Below are positions 48,926 to 60,462 of a stretch of 64,000 bases of DNA, piece after piece. The position numbers and the translations under genes were made by a program. How positions within the stretch are numbered: position 1 is the first letter of the stretch; each line of letters opens with the position of its first letter. This DNA is from Marsupella aquatica (lineage: Eukaryota > Plantae > Marchantiophyta): positions 7,309,808 through 7,373,807 of the forward strand of contig OZ316891.1 of assembly GCA_973895155.1 (NCBI GenBank), read 5' to 3'. The notes under the pieces are model-generated. The model saw only the letters and a program-made list of their open reading frames with translations, made no database searches and had not been told where the DNA came from.

Positions 48926-51208
48926 TGTTATGAGTCATCTAGCCCAGACTAGACTAGAGTCATTATACCATGGTTATACCTTAACCATACCTGTACACAC
49001 ATATATATAAAGCAGAACCGTGACCCCTAATCGGTATCTGATTCATTCTCGATTCATTCTCTCTTAACACGTTATCAGCACGACTCTCGGAGGCTGAGCA
49101 CTTGAATTTTTTTAGGGATTCGACAAGTGACAAAAATTAGACACTTGAGGGAATCCCAAGACAAAATCCCTTCAAAGAAACCTTCATTTGAGAGTCCATG
49201 TCAACCTGGCGTTGGAAATTGATGGAGTATCCTCTATGAGAAACTGACTCCCAAGAAATTAGAAGAAACAAAATCAGAAGGAGAGGTTGATCAGACAAAG
49301 AGTCGAACCCATGGATTGACCCTTATGGGATCATTAATAAAGCTTTAGAGGAATTGATTCTGAAATGCAAGATTGAAAGTACGCAGCATGATTTATGGAA
49401 GGAGGAGAAGAAACACTGCAACGCAAAGTCCATAGAGAAACCAGGATAAAGCTTGGGCTGGAGTCAATCAATCCAATCAAAGAGACCTGATTGAATAGAG
49501 GCAGAGCACAATCAACAAAATTTCAATCAAGGTGAGATCTGAAAAGGCACCACACCCTATAGAGAACGAATGTTGCATTAGGGCTCAACAACCGGAGGGT
49601 GAAAAAGACTGAAGGAAATTTGAGGGATGGAAACCTCATGAGAAGACAACACAGTGATCACGGACGCAGTCGCGAAGCCATGCAAAAGGGGGAGAATCGA
49701 TGCACAAACCCAAAATGGCAAAATTTGGACCAGACTTTCGAGAAACCATAGACAAAACTTGATAAGTGCAAAACCCCCATACTTGCAACTCATTATAAAG
49801 AGTATTTTTACTTACAAAAGAATCAGATCACTTAAAGCATCTTTTTCAAAGCTTTTAAATCACTTTAAGATACATGTGTAATCCTTAACATAAACCTAAA
49901 TCACAAGCTTACACTCTCATTTTACAAATGTGAATATTGTGCCTTTACACAACAGATTGAATACATATAACATGGTTATTACACCATTAATATCACTTTC
50001 CACCATAGGGGGAGGAAAGCACATTGTACCCACAACTATCTCCCACCTCCTAATGTCATTTTGGTTCATTCACCTTCTAGTACCACTTGAACTTATACAC
50101 CTTCTGGTATCATTTGATCTCATAAGATCCAAACGGACTCAGACAAAGGACTTTCCATGACTAGCAAAGGTAAAGGTAGAGATGATTTGATAATGGGCAA
50201 AGCCCGTAATCTAACCCCTACATTCTCTTGATCAGTGGGCATTCCTATCGGACCTTACCTATAGATGAGTTCCAAATTTCAGAGATATTCCTCACACTCA
50301 CAATTTCAAGAGAAAATAACATGCATTTTATGCAGATCAATGGGAAGAAACTTCATTGTCTCTAACTTATCTACTCAAAAACTTAAACCAAACTCATACA
50401 CTACAATGGAAAGTACCTCTGTACTTGGCCATACTTGGCTATACCAGGAGTTTGCCACTCCATGACACTCTTGTCAAAATAACACAAAACATTGCAGACG
50501 TGCAAGGCAGAAGTGCCCATTTTAAGACAAATCATGCACACCCCCTGGTGATGCCATTTTAAGAAAATTTATATATTCTCTCACAAGGCACACCCTGTTC
50601 TACAAGAGAAAACAACTTTTCAATATACATGATTTCTCCATGTGCCCACTGCACATGCATCCATAGCTTCATCTAAGATATTGCAAACTTCTGGAGACAA
50701 TTGAAGTTCCTGTTGCATCTTAATACCTTTGACGACCCTACATACCATGCGATTAACTTACAACACATGATATCTACTGATTGATGACTCCACCTAATGC
50801 TAATGTATTTTCCTTTATCGCCAAGAGGATCGACGGGCTGTACTCTTTTTCCTTTAGGGTCATATACTTTTTTCTCTACTACCCTAGTAGAGTTATTTTT
50901 TACCTCAATCTAGCCCCGCTAAAGGTTTTAACGAGGCAGTCCACCTCTTTGGTCAACGTAACATGCGTATCTATAAGCATGATGATAAATTATCATTTTT
51001 TTGTCTAGCTCTAGGACTAGTCTAGATTGTCTTCATAATTCTCATTATGTCGCCAAGGGGGAGTGTTATGAGTCATCTAGCCCCAGACTAGACTAGAGTC
51101 ACTATACCATGGTTATACCTTAACCATACCTGTACACACATATATATAAAGCAGAACCGTGACCCCTAATCGGTATCTGATTCATTCTCGATTCATTCTC
51201 TCTTAACA
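48926..51208 (+). mobile_element. Young non-autonomous LTR retrotransposon (TRIM/LARD-like), 2283 bp
   Basis: LTRs 48926-49069 and 51064-51208 (TGTTA...TAACA) differ by one substitution and one indel. TSD AATTG on both sides; PBS CGTTATCAGCACG at 49070-49082; PPT AAGGGGGAG at 51055-51063; no internal gag/pol ORF. Confidence 0.95.
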
Positions 51209-51454
51209 AATTGTATATTGTGTTTACTTCATTTTTTGGTTCTGTTTCACTTGTTCAGCCTAATGTGACCAAACCCCCTTTGGTCACGGGCCTGGTTAAA
51301 GAGTTGTGTGACTGTAGGGCCATAAAGGGGCATCAAAGCTTACTCAAAGACGGCATGGGGCACGGTATGGGGCAGGAGTACGAGTAGAAAACAGCAAAAT
51401 TCATTTATTTTGATTCTGAAAAATATGCACTCATTTTTTAAGCGGAAAATACCA

Positions 51455-51880
51455 GGCCATAGATCTACTCGAGATCTTTCATTGGCGCGTAGATCCCCGC
51501 CTGCTAATGTGAATGGACAAGACTTTTATTAGCAAAAAACAATGAACAGTAGATTTCAGAAGAGACCAATTAAATGGTCAGGAAGGCTTGGATTTGTCTT
51601 ATTTTTCATTTGAAAATTATTTGACCATTTTCAAACAAAAAAAAAACACAACAATAGATCTTATTGAGATCTTTCATTTGAGCCATAGATTGTCCACTAA
51701 AGTGGACAGATGAGATTCATGGAGATGATAAGGGCAGATGCTCAGATTTTGAACTTGACCAATCATATTGCACCGTTTGTTTTTCCGCATTTTCTCATGA
51801 AATATTAAATCTTTTATGAACATTTTTTGTGAGACGCAGATCTCATTGAGATCTACGTTTTGAGCCGTAGATTGGATTGG
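51455..51880. repeat. Three spaced AGATCT-N5-AGATCT palindromic blocks (~190-bp period), likely DNA-transposon subterminal repeats
   Basis: AGATCTACTCGAGATCT (~51461), AGATCTTATTGAGATCT (~51656) and AGATCTCATTGAGATCT (~51838), each followed about 12 nt later by a TAGAT motif. Confidence 0.6.
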
Positions 51881-53725
51881 AGGGATATGATAGTATAGGT
51901 GCAGCTATAAGTAAAAATTGAATGGCTCAGGAGAGGCATACCTGCACTTCCTGATGATGGGGTCACATGATAGAGGAATTTATGAGGGCTCTCGGTAACC
52001 CACAGACATTTGTACTAGTATTTACGGTTTAACATGGCATTTTGTGTGCCATGTAGCCTGAGTTTGTGAGGGGCTGTTATTAGTGTTAAACTTCAATGTA
52101 CAGGATGAACTCATAAAAGTATGCTAAGTTAAGCTCAAAAAACCATAAATACTCTCCTCAAACCATCACTAGCCATGACAAAACCTGGATCCACCAGGTT
52201 TCATCATAAATAGTAACTTTTTTCTGATGTTGTGGAACAAAATGTATCTTTTCCTTATATTGTGGAACAAAATGGCACCAAAGAGTAGAAGAATGAATGG
52301 AATGTGAAAAAGGGAGAAATATTGGACACTTCCCCCATTTTACATGGCTAGTGCGATTTAAACTTGTAACTCACCAAAACTCAGGTTGGGTTTACTATGT
52401 ACTCCACTCTGAGGCATTCCACAGAGTGCTGGACTTAGACAAAACATCACCATGAAACAAAATGAAATTCCTCACTAGCTCAACCCAAACTAAATTTCCC
52501 ACTGAAAGTTTGAACTGTCAACCAGAACAAATTGAAATGGGTCAAACCCAAATTTGAAATCCCTAAGCTGGGAATTCAAGTTGTCAACCAGAATACACAT
52601 CAATTCACCAGTCCTGTCCCAAAATTAAACTTGCATCAATTACATGGGGCTCCTGACTATGAAATCCATGGCAATGTGCACAGTCTGTGGCAGCTCACAA
52701 GTGGAACACAAAGTGTATTGGAGCTCACAAAGTAGAACACTACTGTAGACATGTGGGTCACTTAGGGTAAAGTCACTTGTAGAACTGAAGCATTTGTGCA
52801 ATTTCACCCCATAATTGAACACTCAGCAGTTCATATTGGGTTGAACCCTTAACTCACCCTGAATCCTAGTCAAAATGACAGACTACTCACCCGCCTTTCG
52901 GCACATTATAGAAAATTCTATTGCTACAAAGCAAAGTAAGAGGAGGTAGATACACTTAAAAGGCCTTTGAGATATTTATTTATTTTATAAAATTAAGGAG
53001 AAGTTTTATAGTAAGCCTATCCAAATCTTCAATGTTCACTTATCCAAATTTGAAGCCCCCATGGGCCACACGCTTGGCTTTGAAACGCCCCATTGACCAC
53101 ATTTCCCAAAATTTGAACTTAATTGTACTAACTTGATATTTATACATTGAATTAATAAGTTTTAGTTTGTGGTAATGCTGAGGAGTAGGTAAGCTACCAA
53201 CATTTTGGTTTAATTTTTCATCAAAAATGCGGAGGGGAAATTGCATGAGATTTTTGTTGTGTTAATATGAAATATTTGGACTTGGGTTTTTCATGTCTCT
53301 TCCTTCTCTACTTTTCTTGCATGTGCAAACCTAAAATTTATTTTATGACCCATAATCATCAAGTTATGGGCCCCCAACTCCCAATGATCACCAAAAATGG
53401 TCCATGAGAGCTGTGTGTCCAACATGGTCCAGCTCGGCTTCAGTTTCTCACTTCTCCATAAATGCACTGACAATAAGGTCAAGAAAATGCAGGAATATTC
53501 CCATTTTCTAGGGCTTTGTGGGCACCATAATGCCTTTCAAAAACAAAGCTTCAGCTATTTGTAGTCTTTCTAGGAATAGGAAAGGAGAAGTTTCATAGCA
53601 AGCAGATCCAAGTTCTTAGTGTGCATTCTTCTCCATAATTGGACTCAACATTACAATGAGAAAAATAACAAAGTGCAATCAAGTACAGGGCATTGTGCGC
53701 TTTAGCTCTAGTTTGAGAGTATGCG

Positions 53726-54070
53726 TGTTAGGATTTACTCTTAGGTCTAGAGTTACGAATGTACCGTAATTAAGGCTAACCTTAGTCGCAGACTTGGTTA
53801 GGTTAGTCATGTTGTGCAGACTGTATAACCAAGCGGTGTTTGCTTGGAGAGGGGGAACTCAAGCTCATTGTTACGGAGCTAGTTGAGAGATAGAGAGAGC
53901 TTGCAATGTGGATGCTTGGTATGGCCGGTCGGCCTAGAGTGCAATAAAGCTCATGTGTGTTCCCATGGACGTAGCCTCATGTGGAGGTGAACCACGTATT
54001 TCTCTGTGTCAACTCTTGTGTGTTGGATGGTTCATGGGCTTGTCGTTGCGATTGTCGTCTATGCTCAACA
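53726..54070 (+). repeat. 5' LTR of the copia element
   Basis: TG...CA ends, followed after 2 nt by the PBS. Confidence 0.9.
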
Positions 54071-55477
54071 ATTGGTATCAGAGCATGCCTGGGAGGTGAC
54101 GAGGTTTTTTCGTGACGGTTTTCCAACGTTCATTGTTGGTGTTGCATTCGGGGTTTTGTCGCATGAAACTCGAATGTGTGTGGCTGAGCGAATAGGTTAG
54201 TGAGAGGGCTTTCTAACGGTGGTTAGAACTCGCTGATCGGTATCCCTGGTGCGGAGGAATTGAAGTTTGCGTCGTTCAGGGTTTATTCGTGTTCGACGGG
54301 ATTTCGGGGGAGAGACCAGAGATTATTTTTTCAACGGTGTGAGTTGTGCGGTGCGGGAGGCATCGCATGTTATAGCTCAAGTTGAAGGTTGAAGCGAGCT
54401 GGTCGTTTTGGTACCTAGTTTGGTGGCGTTTGTGGAGCGAGTGCGTCGTGATGAGTGAAAGTTGAGTTCTGGTTTTTTGACAAGCTACGGTGCTTGTTTT
54501 TCCCTGAACCGGATTACTCGTCGTGACACTTGACTCGGAGGAAGAAACGTGAAGTGATGAGGCTCAACGGAGAGATCGTGGTGAGGCGATCATTTTGAGT
54601 CCGGGATTGGCCCTTGACGCGGAGAGAGTAAGACACGGTGAAGGTTTTCTCTTCTCTGGTGGAGCTGCAGACGTGCCGGTGCAATTCGGCAATATTTTCA
54701 TGTCGGTGGTCATCACTTTTCTCATTGGAAACCGAAGCGGAGGCAGCTGAGGTTTGTAACACGGTCTTTGTGTCATTTTTTGGCACATTTTAAGGTTAGT
54801 TTAGAGCATTTTTTGCCCCCGTACGGCAAATACGGCCCAAAACGCCCTTATACGGCCCGAATACGCAAAAATAAGCATGTTTTGACCCCTTTAAACCCAT
54901 TTTTTTCACGTTTTTTTGCACATTATACGCGATTCTGGTCGCGAATACGTGCGCCTTTTCCAGGGGCTTTAAGACACCTTTAAAGTGTTTTTTTTTCTCC
55001 TCCTTCTCATTGGTCATGCCGCATCCCGGGCCTTATGACCCTCCATTTTAACCGCTTAGACAGGGGGAATGGCCCCCTGTGAGACTTGTCGGACTATGTG
55101 GGAATATTCCCAAAAAATAGAGAGCTATTTTTTGGCCGTCCTATAAAGATTTTGTCCGCCGAACGATAACTTTTTTGGTTCTTTTTTGGCGAGGTTGTAG
55201 CCATTGAAGTTGGCAATGCGGTGCATCAATCACATCGCAATTCCGATGACGGGTTGTACCTGGTATTTTGGTTATTCCCTGAGGTGGTAAAAACGGGGGA
55301 GTTTCCCAAGGTTTTACCCACCTCGACCGAAATTTGAATAACTTTTTCGTCAAATTTTGATTTTGATTTCTGTTTTCAGTATTGGACTCCTAGCTTTGTG
55401 GGCTACGCGGCGGTGTTGAGTTTCAAGTTTTTTGAGAAGTTGTGAAAAACAACATTTTTTGTGATTTTCTCATATGA

Positions 55478-58400
55478 GTGATTCGGAGTAGTTTTTTCGA
55501 AGACGTAAAACTTGAAGCACGAGGATCACCGCGGCGGTTTGAGGGGCAGAGAGAGGAGCACGAGGAAGAGCACGTGACACCGATACCATCACCGGTGCGG
55601 CGTGTGGTGGAGGAAGCAGTACTACTACCGGAGCTCATAGTAGTGCCAAAGAAGAAGATGGGGACTTTCAAGCTTGGGGGACCCAAGTATGAAGTGACAA
55701 AGTATGATGGGCACTCTGACTACTTGCTATGGGAGAAGCAGGTGAAGGGAGTGCTCTATGCGTCAGGGATGGACCAACTGCTGAGCCCTCGTGAAGACGA
55801 TCTTGATGAGAAACAATGGGATCGCATGCAGGAGCAGGGAGTGTGGTATGTTACACTCTATCTCATGCCTCCCATCATCAAGCAGTTGGGTGCACATAAG
55901 GATTGCATGTCCTTGTTTGCGGAATTGCAGAGCAAGTATCACCACAAGGAGTTGTCGAACCGGCTCTACACTTCTTACAAACTGATGAGTTTCAGGATGA
56001 AAGAATCCGGTACGAAGTTGCAAGACCATGTGGATGCTTTCAACGACATGGTCGTTGACTTGGAAAACCTTGGGGAGACTTTGAATGATGAGACGAAGGC
56101 TCTGCAGCTTCTCAGTTCATTGCCTCCATCTTACCAGTCCCTATCACGAGTGTTGTTGCATCGTGATAGGGATACCATTCATACAATAACATGGTAAGTT
56201 CTCTGCTTAGTGATGATCTTCAGTAGAAGATGCACATCACATCACAGCCTTCATCATCTGGTGCTGCCCTCAATGTTAACCGTGGGAGGAGTATGCAGCG
56301 ACCAACTGGGGACCGTAGAACCCAATTTAGATCTAAATCCAGATCTAAGTCAGGGATAAATCCCCTCAGAGGAGGCAGGTGACATGTTGGAAGTGCAACC
56401 AAGTTGGACACTTCAAGCGAGACTGTAAGGGAAAGGCAGTGGAAACTTCATCGGCAAATGTGGCTAGCTGGAGAAGCTGATTTACTCAATGATCAGTATG
56501 TTTTATGAAGCCAAGGGTATGCCCTGTGCACGTCATCTAGGAGAGCAGATGATGTGTGGATTCTTGATTGTGCTTGCTCTTTTTATATTTGTTACATTCG
56601 TGAGTTTTTCAGTTCTTACTCTGTTTCAAACGGTTCAGTTCTGATGGGAAATGATCACTCCTGTGAAATTGAGGGAATTGGGTTTGTGAAGATTCAAATA
56701 TTTGATGGCGCTATGCGCACAGTGTTCGGAGTCAGATATGTACCTCGCATGCGTAAGAATCTGATTTCACTCAGTGTGTTGGATTCAAATGGTCATCAAT
56801 GGAGCGTTATTGATGGTGAACTTCAAGTCAGGTCAGGAGAGACAGTGATTTTGAAGGGGAGCAGACAGAAGAATTTGTATGTGTTACAGGGCAATACTGT
56901 ATGTGGAGAGGCCAATATAACCAAGTCTCACGAGGAGATGACTCAACTATAGCATTCACGGCTAGGCCACATGAGTGAGAATGGTTTGGCTATCTTACGG
57001 AAGAATGGACTCATTTCTGATTTGCAATCTTGTAAATTAGAGTTCTGTGAGCATTGCATTCTTGGAAAGCAACATTGTCGTGCTTTCGGTGTTGGAACTC
57101 ATCGTTCCAAAGCGGTTCTTGAGTACATACATAGTGACGTGTGGGGTCCATCCCTGACTCCCTCACACTCTGGAAAGTTGTACTATGTATCATTTATTGA
57201 CGATTACTCAAGATTTGTGTGGATTTATTTCATGACGCATAAGTCTGATGTCTTGTCCATTTTTAAGAAGTGGAAGGCCCAAGTGGAGAATCAGACTGGA
57301 AACACGGTCAAGTGTTTGGATACAAGGGTGAAGAGTCTGAGGTCAGACAATGGCGGGGAGTACACTTCAGTGGAATTTGAAGAGTACTGTTCAGAACAGG
57401 AGATAACTCGCCATCTCACCACAGTTTATACTTCGCAACATAATGATGTCGCTGAGAGGCTCAATCGGACACTGTTGGAGCGGTCACAAAGTATGTTGAG
57501 CCAATCAGGTTTACCACAAGAATTTTGGGCAGAAGCTATCAATACCGCAGCTTATTTGGTAAATCTTTCTCCTTCTAGTGCTATCAATTTTAAAACGCCG
57601 TTTGAGATGCGCTATAAGCGGCAAACAGACTATCATGGCTTGGTAGTTTTTGGAAGTGATGCATATGCTCTCACACCGAAGCAGAATAGGACCAAGTTGG
57701 ATCCTACCTCCAAGAAATGTGTTTTTCTTGGGTACCAGAGTGGTGTGAAAGCCTATAGGCTATGAGATCCTATTGTTTGTAAGCTCGTTGTCAGTAGAGA
57801 TGTTTCCTTCAATGAATCCAGATTATTGAAGGAGGGGGAGAATACTCAAGTCTTCCGTACTGACAAAAGAAAATCTTCTATCCCAGATCTCATTGAGGGG
57901 GAGATTGGTCATGAGGTGCATGACCGGAGAGAAGGAGTTGCTCCAATTATGGAGTTGGTTCCTGTGTCAGAGGAACTAGAGGAGTTTGTTGATGCTGGTG
58001 AGCAGCAAGTGGATGCTGCTGAGCTTCAAATTGTACCAGCACACCCTAATCAACCGGAGTCATCGGCTAGAAGAGCATCTGGTCGCACTGTACGCGCTCC
58101 ACCAAGGTATGGACAGTGGGTTGATTCATCTCAATTGTAAGAGGAGGACTTTGTTACTGATGATGAGGGTGACGCGTCGATTTTGGAAGAAGGGAAACCT
58201 TCTTCATTTCATGAAGCAAGTGCTTCAAAGGAGAAGCAGGAGTGGGTTGTAGCAATGCAAACGAAAATGCAATCACTGAAGGACAACAAAACTTGGGAGC
58301 TTGTCAAGCTGCCTGAGGGACAGCAAGTGGTGGACAACAAGTGAATATGCAAGCTGAAGGATCAATCCACAGGAGGTGGATCGAAGGTCTACAAGGCTAG

Positions 58401-59797
58401 GTTGGTAGCCAAGGGATTCACACAGGAAAAAGGTGTGGATTACAATGAGGTCTTCTCACCAGTTGCTAAGTACTCAACAATACGGCTATTGTGTGTGCTT
58501 GTTGTTATGTTGGATCTGCTGCTAGATCAGATGGATGTTGTCACAGCTTTCCTCTATGGCACCTTGGAAGAGGTGATCTTCATGAGATAGCCGCTAGGTT
58601 TTGAGAAGAAAGGGCAAGAGGATTTGGTTTGCAGATTGCTGAGATCCTTGTACGGGTTGAAGCAGTCACCAAGACAGTGGAATAAGCGGTTTGATGATTG
58701 GATCCGTGCACAAGGCTTTCACAAGAGTGTGTTTGACCCATGTGTGTATCTTAAACCGGTGAAGAATATGGTTTTTGGGTTCATTGTTTTAGTACTTTAT
58801 GTGAATGACATGCTTATTGCGGCCAAGGATAGGTCTGAGATTGTTAAGCTCAAGGCACTACTTAGTGCAGAGTTTAAGATAAAGGACTTAGGGTCAGCTA
58901 AGAGAATTTTGGGTATGGAGATCACTAGGGACTTGAAGGCTGGTGAACTATGGTTGACGTAGAGCAGTTATGCGAGGAAGATAATTGCAAGGTTCAACAT
59001 AGGGGATAGCAAGCCAGTAAGTATCCCGTTGGCCCCACACTTCAAGTTGTCTCTAGCTTTCTGTCCTACGGATGACACAGAGAAGGGGTTGATGTCAAAG
59101 GTTCCGTATGACAAGGTAGTGGGGAGTCTCATGTATTTGATGACTTGCACTAGACCTGATCTTGCCATGGCTATGGGCAAGGTGAGCAGGTACATGTCGA
59201 ATCCAGGGAAGGTACACTGGGAAGCAGTGAAGTGGATTATTTGGTATTTGAAGGGTACCGTGGATCATGGTCTATTGTTTGATGCACATGCTGATAATGC
59301 TATTGATGGGCTCTGTAGATGCTGACTATGCACAAGATCTGGATCGGAGGAGGTCAACAACAGGTTATGTGTTCACACTTGGAGGTGGATGCATAAATTG
59401 GAGGTCTAATTTGCATAAGTGTATTGCTCAGTCTACTACAGAAGTGGAGTATGTTGCAACAGCGGAAGCAGCAAACGAAGCGATTTGGCTGGATAGACTT
59501 ATCACTGAGATGGGATTGCCATAGGGGAATGTGAAGCTTCATTGTAATAGTCAGAGTGCACTCCACCTTGCTGTGAACCAGGTGATGGATAGCAGAGTGA
59601 AGCACATCGACGTCAGGTACCATTTTATCAGGCAAGCTGTGTCTCATAATATGTTTGAGCTAGTCAAGATTGACGGTAAACTCAACCCGATTGACGCTTT
59701 TACCAAAGTGATTCCTTTGGAGAGTTTTTCTAGACACCGTGATGCATTGCAGGTTTTGCAATTGCCTCACAAGTATGGTTACTTAACATTTGTGTAG
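55478..59797 (+). pseudogene. Copia gag-pol polyprotein, disrupted
   Basis: Successive ORF fragments in gag-PR-IN-RT-RH order. Confidence 0.92.
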
Positions 59798-60314
59798 ATA
59801 CTAAGATATGCTCTTGCTCATTCCTCTCGGGGGGGTCACTCTATGTAGGGCTCTACATCACGTGCGACGTTTTAGGGTCTGGACCACCTAACTTTTAAGT
59901 GAATTTTTTTTTTCCCCACTCCCTTACTTTCTGAAAAGCGACCATTTTTTGAATTGTTTACCCCTATAAAACTTTATGGAAAGTTTTATGATGATTTAAA
60001 AAATATCTATTAAGAAAAGTAAAGTACCTCAATAATGTAGAGCCATTTGTGCAAATTGATGCGCATGTCCAATACATTCAATGAATTTACATCATGAAGC
60101 TGAATATCTTGTAAATTGCATTCATCATCATCCAACTTGTAGTTTTCACTCTTGAATAGTGAAGCATGGTGGGTGCCAGATACTATGAATAGGTAATCGA
60201 ACACCATAGGTTGCCTATTCAAGGCATCGGTACTCTACCTTGTTTCACAAACTCCTGCATGATGATGTCCACATCTCTACCTTCCTTCACAGACTCATGC
60301 ATGATGATGTCCAC

Positions 60315-60373
60315 ATGACGGAGGGGAATTGAACCCCTGATTGAGCATAAATCTCAATTTGCCAATCCGCCAT
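60315..60373 (-). ncRNA. 59-nt tRNA-like structure lacking a D arm
   Basis: Minus strand reads ATGGCGG-ATTGGCAAA-TTGAG-ATTTATG-CTCAA-TC-AGGGG-TTCAATT-CCCCT-CCGTCAT: a 7-bp acceptor-like stem, a 5-bp/7-nt arm and a 5-bp/7-nt T arm with a B box. Confidence 0.5.
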
Positions 60374-60462
60374 CCCCTACTCTACTCCCTCCCACTAACC
60401 CTACACATGCATCACATACACACACAACAAACTACTTTTAATAAACAATAGTCAATTATATA

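Larger units (their letters stand above)
53726..59825 (+). mobile_element. Ty1/copia retrotransposon (Tnt1/Tork-like), decayed, interrupted before its 3' LTR
   Basis: 5' LTR 53726-54070 (TGTTA...CAACA) and PBS TGGTATCAGAGC (initiator tRNA-Met). Coding remnants: gag (KYDGHSDYLLW; LLSSLPPSY), protease WILDC, integrase (HSDVWGP, LRSDNGGEY, AERLNRTL), RT (KGFTQ, SLYGLKQSPRQW, LYVND) and RNase H (DADYA, KHIDVRYHFIR), with many TAG/TGA stops. Confidence 0.95.

Noticed and set aside
48603-51279. Tourist-like MITE split by the LTR element (GTATTTGG ... CCAAACCCCC)
   Set aside because: The TIR match is short and degenerate, and no TSD was confirmed.
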